The notes below the pieces were generated by a model. That model saw nothing but the letters and a program-made list of their open reading frames with translations. It had not been told where the DNA came from and ran no database searches. Of a DNA stretch of 49,894 nt, positions 9,447 to 21,432 are shown piece after piece (position 1 is the stretch's first letter; each line of letters opens with the position of its first letter). Position numbers and translations under genes: made by a program. The stretch is taken from the NCBI GenBank assembly GCA_051819745.1, contig JBNJGO010000002.1, positions 8,781 through 58,674 on the forward strand, in the 5' to 3' direction. The stretch is from Nanobdellota archaeon. Lineage in GTDB: Archaea > Nanobdellota > Nanobdellia > Woesearchaeales > SKGA01.

Positions 9447-11564
9447 ATGAAATTTTCAAAGAACAATATGTTTAGTTCCTTAGGAAATTCCTTGTCATAT
9501 ATGTCTTGGAAAGATTTCACATTTCCCGCCATCGCAATAGGAGCAGGATTAGCAGGAGCTTTTGGAGTGAGTTATTTGCTAAACGATCACTCTTATTTTG
9601 AAGCATACGCCAACACATATGCTAAAACATATCCTTTTTTATTACTTGTTAATTATTATATTAAATATCCAAAAAAACGACATCAAAATAAATTTCTAAA
9701 AGAAAATTTTAACAAAACATATTCTGTACCCTCAATTAAACCAACCCCTAAAACAGTCGCTATAGGAACCGGAATCAGTGCAAGTGTTTTCATGGGAATA
9801 AATCAATTGTTATATCCAGAATTAAATCAAGACATGTACTCTTTAGGTAATAATATTGAAACAATAGTGGAAGCAATAACACATAACCAATTCAATCAAC
9901 AACAATTATCACCTGAAGTAAGAACGAGCTTAAAAAATTCATTTATGGGAGTTAATATACTTGGTCTATATTCTTATGGAATAGTTAATTTGACAAAAAA
10001 AATAATTAATGTGGGAGAAAAAGAAACAAAAAAATCAAAAAATATGTTAAAAACCGCTATTGACGAAGCAGGATTAATTTTCGGGAAGAATATTTCTTCA
10101 TATAAGACGGTTGAAAAAGGAGTAAAAATAAATAATTATTTAGGAGTCTATTCAAAAAAAGAAAAAAATCTTATACGAGCAAGTACATTATTACTAGAAC
10201 ACTTAAAAGAAACCAATAATCAAAAATTAAGCGATTATAGAATGAGTAGTAAAACAGAATTAAGTTATTTTATGAATAATCATCCTATTAAAGAAAAACA
10301 GCTCGAGTTATTTGTAAGAGCATTACATTATAAAAGTAGAAATATATCTGTCGAGGATAATCGAATCGCAAGTGATCTCATCGAGACGTATGGTAAAAAA
10401 ATAATTGATAATTCCGCCAATAATAACCTTAAGGACCTGTCAATATTATCTATTTGTGCAATGTATTATGAGAATGAAGGAAAGATAAAAGAATCTGAAG
10501 AATTGTGGAGTAAAATAGTTGATGCTATTGGTATGGATACTACTGTAAGCACTGTTGATTTTGCTCCTGGAACGATAGGAGTGCAAACATATGCTGTGAA
10601 AGATGAAGAGGATAATCCTTTTTCTAAAGTTTTTGTTGAAAAAAGTACACCTAAAAAAAATCTTAAATCATTAACTGAAGAATTTTATTTATCAAGAATC
10701 CTTTTTGAAGAGCTCATGGAAGATAAATCTGCAATCGAACATTCGCAACCGATTAAAATTAAAACAACCGATTCAAAAGCAACAATTTATTTTCGTCAAG
10801 AATGGTTCGACCATCCTATTATTTATTTGAATAATCCTGACATTTCAGATGAACATAAAAAAAAGACATTTCAAGAAGTGGTTTTTTCAATAACACAGCA
10901 ACAAGATATTCTTGAAAAACAACAAAAAGTATCTCTTCAACATATTGATTACAAGGAAAAAATAATTCGTGCGTATGAAAATATTTTTGGTAACATCTCT
11001 CTAAAAGATAAAAACATACTTTCAGATATGGTGTCCTTAGTTTATGATTTTGGTGGGCCTATAAAACCTGTTCTTGATTATCATCACAATAATTATGGAA
11101 TATATTCACTTCAAAAACAAGAGGAAAATAATATTATTGGTTGTAAAACAGACACTCAACAAAAAGGAAAGGCACCTGCAATTCTCGAATATGTCAATCT
11201 GATTGAACATAGTAGGAATGAATTGTCAAAAAATATGTTCCTATCTTTAAAAAATATTACTTTCGAATCATTTTCTAAGACATATCAAACCAATCTTCAA
11301 GAAACAGAAATTGCAAGAATGTCAGGTATTTATTCTAGAATGTTTTCGTTTTTGAATGCGTGGCTTTCATCATCTCGAAGCGAAGAACATAATCGTATTC
11401 TTCCCGTAACATATAATATGATTTCTTCATACAACGAAGGTTTTAAACAAGGATCACTGACAAAAGGTCAACCATATGAAAATAGTTTACGTCAAGGAAG
11501 AAAACAGTTATACTCAATAATTGAACCACTAGAATCAAAAATAAAGAAAATTACAAACAGTTAA
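9447..11564 (+). CDS. Hypothetical 705-aa membrane-anchored protein
   Basis: Long uninterrupted Asn/Lys-rich ORF; hydrophobic segments near the N-terminus (FPAIAIGAGLAGAFGVSYLL, VAIGTGISASVFMGINQLL); no family recognised. Confidence 0.6.
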   Translation: MKFSKNNMFSSLGNSLSYMSWKDFTFPAIAIGAGLAGAFGVSYLLNDHSYFEAYANTYAKTYPFLLLVNYYIKYPKKRHQNKFLKENFNKTYSVPSIKPTPKTVAIGTGISASVFMGINQLLYPELNQDMYSLGNNIETIVEAITHNQFNQQQLSPEVRTSLKNSFMGVNILGLYSYGIVNLTKKIINVGEKETKKSKNMLKTAIDEAGLIFGKNISSYKTVEKGVKINNYLGVYSKKEKNLIRASTLLLEHLKETNNQKLSDYRMSSKTELSYFMNNHPIKEKQLELFVRALHYKSRNISVEDNRIASDLIETYGKKIIDNSANNNLKDLSILSICAMYYENEGKIKESEELWSKIVDAIGMDTTVSTVDFAPGTIGVQTYAVKDEEDNPFSKVFVEKSTPKKNLKSLTEEFYLSRILFEELMEDKSAIEHSQPIKIKTTDSKATIYFRQEWFDHPIIYLNNPDISDEHKKKTFQEVVFSITQQQDILEKQQKVSLQHIDYKEKIIRAYENIFGNISLKDKNILSDMVSLVYDFGGPIKPVLDYHHNNYGIYSLQKQEENNIIGCKTDTQQKGKAPAILEYVNLIEHSRNELSKNMFLSLKNITFESFSKTYQTNLQETEIARMSGIYSRMFSFLNAWLSSSRSEEHNRILPVTYNMISSYNEGFKQGSLTKGQPYENSLRQGRKQLYSIIEPLESKIKKITNS

Positions 11565-11663
11565 AAAAACACACATAATATACGAATATCTACAAAAAAG
11601 CCAGTAAAATATAAAAACCCCAACCTACTTTAGTATTAGTGTGAACACATTTGGGGGAGTACA

Positions 11664-11924
11664 ATGAAAGAGTTTAATAGCTTGCGAGATATTCAGCGTA
11701 ATATCGCAAATAGGCTTGAATCCGATTCGAAAATGGATGATTCTATTCAATTATTGTCTATCATTCAGGGAATGCTTGTTGATGGTAGTGGTCGAATCTC
11801 AAAAGAAGAAATTTTCTTTGAAGCCACACAGCAAGGGATGTTAAGAGCACAGGCAGAAGTATTATTAAGAGATCTTGTTCGAAACAGAAGCGTTTCTGAA
11901 CAGAAAGGATATATTATTCTTTAG
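11664..11924 (+). CDS. Hypothetical small protein (possible winged-helix)
   Basis: 86 aa; GGGGAG SD upstream; 3' end overlaps the trm1 3' end by 11 nt (convergent). Confidence 0.45.
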   Translation: MKEFNSLRDIQRNIANRLESDSKMDDSIQLLSIIQGMLVDGSGRISKEEIFFEATQQGMLRAQAEVLLRDLVRNRSVSEQKGYIIL

Positions 11925-13125
11925 TTTGTTGTTGTATGAGGAAAAAATCATGCAATAATCCTGCAGGAGCTGTTGTTTTGATACCAACTGAATTGAAAGC
12001 TGATTTAACAGCATCATAACCATTATCTTGTAGGAAGATAATTATTTCAGATAGTGGTTTGACAGGAATTCTTTTTTTCTTTGCAATATGATGCGTGTTG
12101 TAAAAACCAACTGATGGTGCGAATGCTTCTTCATATAATGGTTGAAGTAACTTTTTTACGTCGGAATCGTTTGATGTTTCAAGTAGTTGTTTCAAAAAAC
12201 TAGTATCTTGTAGTATGCCCGAATATAATGGACCTAGCGAAGTCATCTTAACAGCACAATAGTCGCAAGTTGTAGATTGATCGGTATTAGATATTGATAA
12301 CCCGCATTGCGGACATTCATGCACATAAGATAGTATTGAATTAAACATGTTAGCAGAGGGTTGTTTTCCTTTTTTTACTTTGAAAAAAATTCTATAATAG
12401 TGCTTGTGATGAAAAGAAAGAATTGGAACTAATTGTTTTGCATAACCCATACCTAGTTGTATTACTCGTCTAGCGAGTATTCGAATCCCTATTTCGTGTT
12501 GTTGAGAATTTGGTGTTGAACAAGATTGATATTTTTGCTTGCATGCTAAAGGATACGTTCCGGATAGCGCTCCAGTGTCAGTTGCAGTAATGCCAATAAT
12601 AGCACCATTTTTCGCGTGTAGTATAGCTTGTTCGAGAACAATATTTGGACTGCCGAAAGGATCTATATCAATATAGTCAAATCCTTTTTTATCATGGAAA
12701 AATTTATTACAGTCTTGTTGAGAAATAGTGACAAGAGAGGAAGGTATAGTATTTATATTAAATAATTCTTTTATCATAACAACCGCTTCTTCTTTAAGAT
12801 CATTAACATACATGTGAGCTATTTTTCCAGGAGGTAATTCTTTAATTAATCGACCTGCCCGAACACCACTTCCTGCAAGAGGAAGAGCTACTTGTAATTG
12901 AGAACCCAATCCCTGATTAATAACGTCTCGAGTTATCGTTCGATTCAAGCTCATTTGTTCGTTATAAAAAACAGTTTGTTTCCTACTAGGAATTAAAACT
13001 GACGTACATGGAATGATAATCGAACCTTCTTTGGTTCTGTCCTCGCCATTGTTTGAATTAATAGGAGTATAAATGGGAGTATAAATAGTATTACGTTCTG
13101 ACATGATGATAGGAGAAATACACAA
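11914..13125 (-). CDS. trm1: tRNA (guanine26-N2)-dimethyltransferase Trm1
   Basis: 403 aa; FYNEQMSLNRTITRDVI, DIDPFGSPNIVLEQAI, TATDTGALSG, HEIGIRIL, Cys cluster CPQCG...CDYC; the true start may be the internal Met at 13104. Confidence 0.9.
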   Translation of the reverse strand: MCISPIIMSERNTIYTPIYTPINSNNGEDRTKEGSIIIPCTSVLIPSRKQTVFYNEQMSLNRTITRDVINQGLGSQLQVALPLAGSGVRAGRLIKELPPGKIAHMYVNDLKEEAVVMIKELFNINTIPSSLVTISQQDCNKFFHDKKGFDYIDIDPFGSPNIVLEQAILHAKNGAIIGITATDTGALSGTYPLACKQKYQSCSTPNSQQHEIGIRILARRVIQLGMGYAKQLVPILSFHHKHYYRIFFKVKKGKQPSANMFNSILSYVHECPQCGLSISNTDQSTTCDYCAVKMTSLGPLYSGILQDTSFLKQLLETSNDSDVKKLLQPLYEEAFAPSVGFYNTHHIAKKKRIPVKPLSEIIIFLQDNGYDAVKSAFNSVGIKTTAPAGLLHDFFLIQQQTKE

Positions 13126-13149
13126 TGTTTATAAAATTGTTTCTAAATA

Positions 13150-14226
13150 ATGGATATCATGGATTTTAAAGATAATACCTTGACAGAAATTGATAATAAG
13201 CTTTGTTCACTCATGTATCTTCGTTATAATTATGGGTGGCTAACACCTATAAATATTTCTGATGAATTCAGACGCTTTCAATTTGAAAATAATCGATATA
13301 ATCCTCAATTCAAATATCAAGACATTCAAGTTGATAATGAAATAAAAGCCCTCGAGGATATGAAGGATAAACCAAACAATCGATTTGAACAATTATTTGA
13401 AACGATAAGGGAAAATATTCTTTTTGAAGCAAGAGCATTAAAAAATTTAGGATCAAACACCTTTAATACAACAATATTATTTGGCAAAGTAGATAATACA
13501 ACAGTGCATAAAGCCCAGGATATACTTTCAACGAAGGCTCCTGAAAAAAAATCCAAAAAAAAGACCATCACTTCTCAAGAGCTAGGCTTGGAATTACAAA
13601 AAAGTTTGAAAAAATTAGGGTTGAAAGGATGGAAAATAAGCTATAATGAATCATTATTAACTGGAAGTTCAATAAGTTCAGGGACAAAAACCATTCGTAT
13701 TAAGAAAGGAGCATATTTTTCAAAAGAAAGAGTTAAAAAACTCATTTATCACGAGATTGGAACCCATGTTATTAGGGCAGAAAACGGTTTTTCACAAAAA
13801 TATAAGATATTTGGCCATGGGCTTCCACAATACTTGCCGACCGAAGAAGGTCTTGCTGGATATAATGAAAGAAAACAAGGAATCGCTAATCAAGAGAAAC
13901 AATATGCACTCAGGGCGTTGGCGACAAAAATAGCCAGCGAAGATAGTTTTCTTGAAGTGTTTAAGACAATACGACCGTTCATACAATCAGAGTATAAAAC
14001 CTTTTTGCTCTCAGCGAGAGTCAAGCGAGGACTTGGTGACACATCCCAACCAGGGGGATATTTAAAGGATCATGCTTATTTGAAAGGAAAATTACTTCTT
14101 GACGAGTTTGTTAGAAAAAAGGGCAGTATTAATGATTTGTATTCTGGAAAAATAGGTGTTAAGGACGTGTGGTTGGTAAAACAAGGATATCTCACTAAAC
14201 CACGAATAATCCCTGAATTTCTCTGA
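13150..14226 (+). CDS. DUF1704 / QEGLA-motif (MATCAP-like) putative metallocarboxypeptidase
   Basis: 358 aa; HEIGTHVIRAENG zinc motif and LPTEEGLAGYNE (QEGLA-type motif). Confidence 0.7.
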   Translation: MDIMDFKDNTLTEIDNKLCSLMYLRYNYGWLTPINISDEFRRFQFENNRYNPQFKYQDIQVDNEIKALEDMKDKPNNRFEQLFETIRENILFEARALKNLGSNTFNTTILFGKVDNTTVHKAQDILSTKAPEKKSKKKTITSQELGLELQKSLKKLGLKGWKISYNESLLTGSSISSGTKTIRIKKGAYFSKERVKKLIYHEIGTHVIRAENGFSQKYKIFGHGLPQYLPTEEGLAGYNERKQGIANQEKQYALRALATKIASEDSFLEVFKTIRPFIQSEYKTFLLSARVKRGLGDTSQPGGYLKDHAYLKGKLLLDEFVRKKGSINDLYSGKIGVKDVWLVKQGYLTKPRIIPEFL

Positions 14227-14330
14227 AAAAATACGAATTAGTATCCTTTTGAGAAACATAAATCGCAACGTTTAAATAAGCTCAATAATCCCTTTATAGT
14301 GAGGGTTTCAGTACTAATCATAAATACTAA

Positions 14331-16340
<2,010 letters not shown>

Positions 16341-16372
16341 TTACATAAATTACATGCTAAAAAGGTGAACAC

Positions 16373-17080
16373 ATGACTAATATAAAAATAAATCAAAATG
16401 TCGCTATTCTTTGCGACGGTAATAATATTGAGCGATCAATCCAGAAAACAGCAAGTGCTAATACAATGATTAATTTTGATAGTTTGATTCCTAGACTTCT
16501 AAAAAATAGAGGATTAAATAGGATGATTTACTTCAGAGAAGGATTTCGTATTTCTGACAAGCTTGCTGACCGATTATATTCTCAGTTTTATGGTTCTGTA
16601 ATACCATGTCATAAATCTGCAGACATTCCTTTGACTATTAAAGCAACACAACTTGCGAGTAAAATAGATACTATTATTATTATGTCTGGTGATAGTGATT
16701 ATGTTGATTTGGTTAAATATTTAAAAAATGAAGGCGTTCGAGTCGAGATTGCTGCCGTTAAAGAAACAACATCAAAATATTTGCTTGATGAAGTTGATTT
16801 TTTTCATCCAATCGGAAAAGATGATGTGTTCACATACGGTGGAAGTAACAAGACTAATTCATCAAATTATCAAAAAAGATCATCTGCAAAAAACACTTCT
16901 AGAAAAAATACTACAACAAGTACAAAACATCATACAACAAAGAAAACCACTTCAACATCTTCTAAAAAAAATGCAGGTTCCGCTTCTAAAAAAAATGAAA
17001 CAATAAATAAAACAGCAAACAAGCAAGTTAAAAAACCAGTAGAACATCTTAAAAAACGCTTGTTTAAAAAATCTAAATAA
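16373..17080 (+). CDS. NYN/LabA-like (PIN-fold) domain protein with Ser/Thr/Lys-rich tail
   Basis: VAILCDGNNIERS, IIIMSGDSDYVDLVKYLKNEGVRVEIAAV; C-terminal about 80 aa is low complexity. Confidence 0.75.
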   Translation: MTNIKINQNVAILCDGNNIERSIQKTASANTMINFDSLIPRLLKNRGLNRMIYFREGFRISDKLADRLYSQFYGSVIPCHKSADIPLTIKATQLASKIDTIIIMSGDSDYVDLVKYLKNEGVRVEIAAVKETTSKYLLDEVDFFHPIGKDDVFTYGGSNKTNSSNYQKRSSAKNTSRKNTTTSTKHHTTKKTTSTSSKKNAGSASKKNETINKTANKQVKKPVEHLKKRLFKKSK

Positions 17081-17081
17081 A

Positions 17082-17768
17082 ATGGTCCGTCACAAAAAAA
17101 AATCTGCAAAAAAACCATCAACTCCTTTGGCCAGAGTATGGTATTTTTTATGGTATGATGATTCTATCTGGAGTTGGATAGCAAATATCATAATAGCATT
17201 TGTCTTGATAAAATTTTTAGTATATCCTGGACTCGCTTTAGCATTTGGAACAGAACTTCCTGTTGTGGCCGTTGTTTCTTGTTCGATGGAACATCAATTT
17301 ACTAATTGCGGTAATAATCCTGCTCCTGAAAGATTATGCAATATGACTGGCGAAGGTTTTGTAACACCATCTAATTATTGGAATGCGTGCGGTGATTTTT
17401 ATGAGAAAAGAAATATTTCGTTTGAAAAATTTCAGACCTATCCCTTCAAGAATGGTTTTAATAAGGGAGATATTATTTTATTGAAGGGTGAAGAATCAAA
17501 GGATATAGAAGTTGGTGAAGTCATTATTTTTGAGGGAAATAAAGTTGCTTATCCGGTAATTCATCGTGTTGTCAAAATACATGAAGAGAATGGATCATAT
17601 CGTTTTGAAACTAAAGGAGATCATAACAGTAGACAGATTGAAACGACCGTCCTCAACGAAACAGATATAACTCCAGATGAAATCATAGGTGTTGGCGTGG
17701 GTAGAGTTCCCTTTGTAGGCTATTTGAAAATAGGTTTTGTTAAATTAATTTCTCTTTTCGGATTATAA
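17082..17768 (+). CDS. Signal peptidase I, archaeal/ER type (S26B)
   Basis: N-terminal TM; VVSCSMEH (SxSM box), KGDIILL, VIHRVVKI, TKGDHNS; Cys-containing insert of about 55-60 aa between the Ser box and the GD box. Confidence 0.75.
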   Translation: MVRHKKKSAKKPSTPLARVWYFLWYDDSIWSWIANIIIAFVLIKFLVYPGLALAFGTELPVVAVVSCSMEHQFTNCGNNPAPERLCNMTGEGFVTPSNYWNACGDFYEKRNISFEKFQTYPFKNGFNKGDIILLKGEESKDIEVGEVIIFEGNKVAYPVIHRVVKIHEENGSYRFETKGDHNSRQIETTVLNETDITPDEIIGVGVGRVPFVGYLKIGFVKLISLFGL

Positions 17769-17788
17769 TTTTTTTAGGTGTTATACTA

Positions 17789-18721
17789 ATGACAAGAAGC
17801 ACTATTGTGATTAAAAAAATTAAATCTAATGCTATAATTTCACAATTAGAAAAAACCAACATACCATACCATATGCTAGAGCCAAAAGGAGAATATGAAC
17901 GGTTACGAATAGAAACCGAAAAAGGATTGCTTATTCTTTACACCTCAAATAAACTTGTCATCCAAGCAAAATCAGAGCAAGAGGATTTTTTCAAGAAATT
18001 ATTTTCCATATCAGATAACCACCTTCAAAGAAAAATAAATAACAACACTTCTCACACAAAACATAACAAGACAACTCTTGATTTCAAAAAATATGATGGC
18101 ATCATAGGTAGTGATGAAACTCTCAAAGGCGATACGTTTGGTGGTTTGGTGGTTTGTGCGTTTATGGCTTCAAGAGAGGAACAACAAGAGTTGAAACGAA
18201 TGGGTGTTGTCGATTCTAAAGAATTATCCGATAGTCAGATTAGTCGTATTGCAACACATATAATAAGTACATTTTCTTCCAATTATCATTGTATTTCATT
18301 GGATCCAATCGAATATAATACTATCATTAAATCAAAAGGATCATCTACGAGTCTTCTTAACGATCTTCACCACCAAGTTATTTCAAGAATACAATCTCAA
18401 CAATGTGATGATGGCAAAGCAAGATATATTTCTATTGTGGATAAATTCCCTGGTTGTAACATTGGAGATGTTATTATCCCTAAGGCTGAACAAGAATCGG
18501 TTGTTGTCGCAACAGCAAGTATTATCGCTCGAAAGAAAGGTCTTGATCAGATCAAAGAGTTATCTGAAAAAGCAGGTTTTTTTCTTCCTCTAGGTTCAAC
18601 TCATGTTAAAGAAGCTCTCAAGCGATTAATAGTTAAAAATAAAGACTTGAAAGAATTTTGCAAACTTCATTTTTCTAATGTTAAGAACGTGCTATTTGAA
18701 AAAAGAGATAACAAAAATTAA
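17789..18721 (+). CDS. rnhC: Ribonuclease HIII-like
   Basis: 310 aa; N-terminal TBP-like/DUF3378-type domain (LLILYTSNKLVIQA); IIGSDETLKGDTFGGLVVC (compare bacterial GSDEVGTGDYFGP), GVVDSKELSDSQI, IVDKF, VVVATASIIARKKG. Confidence 0.72.
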   Translation: MTRSTIVIKKIKSNAIISQLEKTNIPYHMLEPKGEYERLRIETEKGLLILYTSNKLVIQAKSEQEDFFKKLFSISDNHLQRKINNNTSHTKHNKTTLDFKKYDGIIGSDETLKGDTFGGLVVCAFMASREEQQELKRMGVVDSKELSDSQISRIATHIISTFSSNYHCISLDPIEYNTIIKSKGSSTSLLNDLHHQVISRIQSQQCDDGKARYISIVDKFPGCNIGDVIIPKAEQESVVVATASIIARKKGLDQIKELSEKAGFFLPLGSTHVKEALKRLIVKNKDLKEFCKLHFSNVKNVLFEKRDNKN

Positions 18722-18746
18722 ATAAAAAAATATGTTGTAAACCTAT

Positions 18747-19727
18747 TCAAGAATTATCGAGTTTTAGCATAAGGTGTGCAAGTAATGCTTCTAATTGTAT
18801 GAATTCGTCACTTCCTTCATTAAGTCGATGTTCTGCTTCACCACAGGCGTTGACAAAAGATAATTGTACTGATGAAGGTATGTCGGGAACATTCCATATT
18901 TCTTTTTGTAGTTGTACAATAATGTCTAATCCACTAAGCCCATACTCTAACATGATATCGAGAAGTGATTTTCTTGCTTCCTTGAAGTCTTGTTGTTTAC
19001 AGGATTCAAAGACTTTTGTTATTTCTTGGGGTCTGGCAAGAGATGCGATGCTGAGAATAGTTTCTTCAGTTACTTCAGAGCCAATGCTTGCTGAACTTTG
19101 AAGAATATTTTCTACTCGTCTCAAATCACCGTTACTTGCCTTGTAAATTGTTTTTTTGGTTTTTTTATCAATAGTAAGCCCTTCTTTTTCAACTATTGAA
19201 TCAATAACATCATATATTTCGCTTTCTGGAAGTGGTTTGAATTTGAATACCGCACATCTGGATTGTATTGGATCAATTATTTTCGACGAGTAATTACAAG
19301 ATAGTATGAAACGACAAGTTGAAGTATAGTTTTCCATTGTTCGTCGCAGTGCTTGTTGTGCTTCTTTTGTTAGCGAGTCACATTCATCAAGATATATTAT
19401 TTTGAAAGGAACATCTCCAAGCGCTTTTGTTCTAGCAAAATCTTTGACTTTAACGCGAACAACATCTATTCCCCTCTCATCGCTAGCGTTGAGTTCTAGA
19501 AAGTTTTCTTTCCATGATTCTTTGAATAATTGTTTTGCCACAACCAAGGATAATGTTGTTTTTCCAACACCTGCAGGTCCTGAAAATAAGACGTGAGGCA
19601 TGTTTTTTTTCTCAACAAATGCTTTTAGTTTAGAAACGATGTGTTGTTGTCCTTTAACGCCTTCGAAAGTATCAGGACGGTATTTTTCAGTCCATATTGT
19701 TGATTCAATCATAGCAATAGATAACAA
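18747..19727 (-). CDS. rfcS: Replication factor C small subunit
   Basis: WTEKYRP, GPAGVGKTT Walker A, YLDECDSLT, SRC motif; the start may be the internal Met at 19709. Confidence 0.93.
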   Translation of the reverse strand: MLSIAMIESTIWTEKYRPDTFEGVKGQQHIVSKLKAFVEKKNMPHVLFSGPAGVGKTTLSLVVAKQLFKESWKENFLELNASDERGIDVVRVKVKDFARTKALGDVPFKIIYLDECDSLTKEAQQALRRTMENYTSTCRFILSCNYSSKIIDPIQSRCAVFKFKPLPESEIYDVIDSIVEKEGLTIDKKTKKTIYKASNGDLRRVENILQSSASIGSEVTEETILSIASLARPQEITKVFESCKQQDFKEARKSLLDIMLEYGLSGLDIIVQLQKEIWNVPDIPSSVQLSFVNACGEAEHRLNEGSDEFIQLEALLAHLMLKLDNS

Positions 19728-19953
19728 GCAAGACTATTTTATAATACTTTGGGTAGGTCAACCTTAAATAGTGTACTGAATTAATTTAAAAAAATAAATA
19801 AAATAAGAATAGTTAAAAAAAAATATTTTGACTAGAAAATTCGCATATCAAATAAAAAAGTGAATCTAAAGGCCGTACAGGCCAGAAGAAAATCATATAA
19901 TAAGAATTTCTTCCAAGAGAATTCAAGTAAAAGATCGAAAAGAAAAAAAAATA

Positions 19954-20217
19954 TTAGATAATATCTTCTTCTGAAACGACCATGAAGTCTCCCATCGCAA
20001 TAACTGCACTGAATGGAATTAGCGGTTCTCCTTCTTTAGTCTTTTCAAGTTCTAGTTTTTTTGTATACACAGTTGGTTCGCTTAGCACTATATGAATTAG
20101 CTCTCCAGAAGATGTTTCAAAAATGATATCTCCTACTTCACCGAAACGTTTTCCGGTTTTCGAAACCACTGTTTTGCTAATGAGTTGTTTGGAAAATTTT
20201 TTTTCTTCGTCAGCCAT
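19954..20217 (-). CDS. PRC-barrel domain protein
   Basis: 87 aa; VVSKTGKRFGEVGDIIFETSSGELIHIVL is typical of PRC-barrel proteins. Confidence 0.65.
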   Translation of the reverse strand: MADEEKKFSKQLISKTVVSKTGKRFGEVGDIIFETSSGELIHIVLSEPTVYTKKLELEKTKEGEPLIPFSAVIAMGDFMVVSEEDII

Positions 20218-20370
20218 GTTTTCAAAACCCCTTGATAATTGTTATGTATAAAAATCAGGTTAAAACAAGATATTACTCGTTGTTTACCACTCGTATGGGT
20301 GTATCAATAGTTGAGTATTTAAATGTTTCGTATTCATTAAATATACTATAAAAAAAATAAAAGTAAAAAA

Positions 20371-21411
20371 CTAGTCGGAATCTCCGATGTTTTTAATGGT
20401 CACAGTCTTTCTTAAATTTTTACTATACCGATATTCTAGGTCGATGGAAAGTGCTTCATCATAAATAACTGTTCCACCCGCGTTTGATTCGAGAATACAA
20501 TTCACAGTTGTTTTTGCACTGCCAGATTCATCTCCAGAACCTTGAGCTCCAAGTAAAGTAATGTCACCTGTAGTTGTAGAACTATCTGCCCCTTCCCAGG
20601 AGTCACCGCAATTTATTGTTGCAGGAGTACCATCAGGCAAGCTTGCCGTTAAATGGACTTTTCCTTTTTTATTACGGTTGCTCAGGGAGGAATCACATTC
20701 TGCCTCTCCAAATTCATAAACTGCGCCTTGACCAACGTGAACAACATCAAACATAACACTCACTTTATTTTCGCCAGCTGTGTTTTGACGCAAGTTCTCG
20801 ACATGAAGCGGTCCACCTGAATTATATGTTGTTTTTGGCTTTGAAATATCGCATATTTCTTTGCTTTGTTGATCAAAAAGTGCTGATGAAGAATCATCAG
20901 AAAGACAGACTTTTGTTGTTGATTTAGTTCGATAATCATAGCACAGGTTTACCAAAAATGATTTCTCGTCATTACCTTGAAGATCAGAAGGATATGAGAG
21001 ACCATTCCATGAGAGAATTGTTGAAGTTCCGGGACTTACCGAACCATCAGGATATTTATATGCTGCTTTCAAATTATCCTCTAATTCACGAGTAAGATTC
21101 GCATCTTCATCGAGACCGAATTGTTGGGGAACTATTCCCTCAAGAGAGACCTCTAAATAATTATAGTCACCATCCATTGTAAGACTTTGCTCTCCTTCAT
21201 TAGTCAAGCGGAGTTGTATTGAAAAAGGCATTTGGCCATTATCAAGTATATTTTCGGGCGGAGCTCCTTGAACGAATTCCATTGAAACTCCCTGAGATCC
21301 CCCAACAAATGGTTTTGTCGATCCAGTGTTTGAATCCTGAGAACCACCACAAGCAGTTAGTGAGATTGAGACAATAATAAGTAAACCAAGTAATGCTATT
21401 TTTTTAATCAT
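20371..21411 (-). CDS. Secreted lipobox-type protein, Cys-scaffold family member (P5)
   Basis: 346 aa; signal peptide ending SLTAC; AGGAGGT SD; shares ordered motifs with P3 and P4: GSQGVSMEF..APP, CYDYRT..VCLSD, SGGPLHV, MFDVVHVGQGAVY, KVHL..INC, VNC, LEYRYSKNLRKTVTIK. Confidence 0.8.
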   Translation of the reverse strand: MIKKIALLGLLIIVSISLTACGGSQDSNTGSTKPFVGGSQGVSMEFVQGAPPENILDNGQMPFSIQLRLTNEGEQSLTMDGDYNYLEVSLEGIVPQQFGLDEDANLTRELEDNLKAAYKYPDGSVSPGTSTILSWNGLSYPSDLQGNDEKSFLVNLCYDYRTKSTTKVCLSDDSSSALFDQQSKEICDISKPKTTYNSGGPLHVENLRQNTAGENKVSVMFDVVHVGQGAVYEFGEAECDSSLSNRNKKGKVHLTASLPDGTPATINCGDSWEGADSSTTTGDITLLGAQGSGDESGSAKTTVNCILESNAGGTVIYDEALSIDLEYRYSKNLRKTVTIKNIGDSD

Positions 21412-21432
21412 TTTTTTACCTCCTTACATGAA

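Noticed and set aside
19870-19885. GGCC-gtaca-GGCC palindrome in the rfcS / PRC-barrel intergenic region
   Set aside because: It is a 4-bp stem only, occurs once, and is compatible with chance. I attach no functional inference to it.
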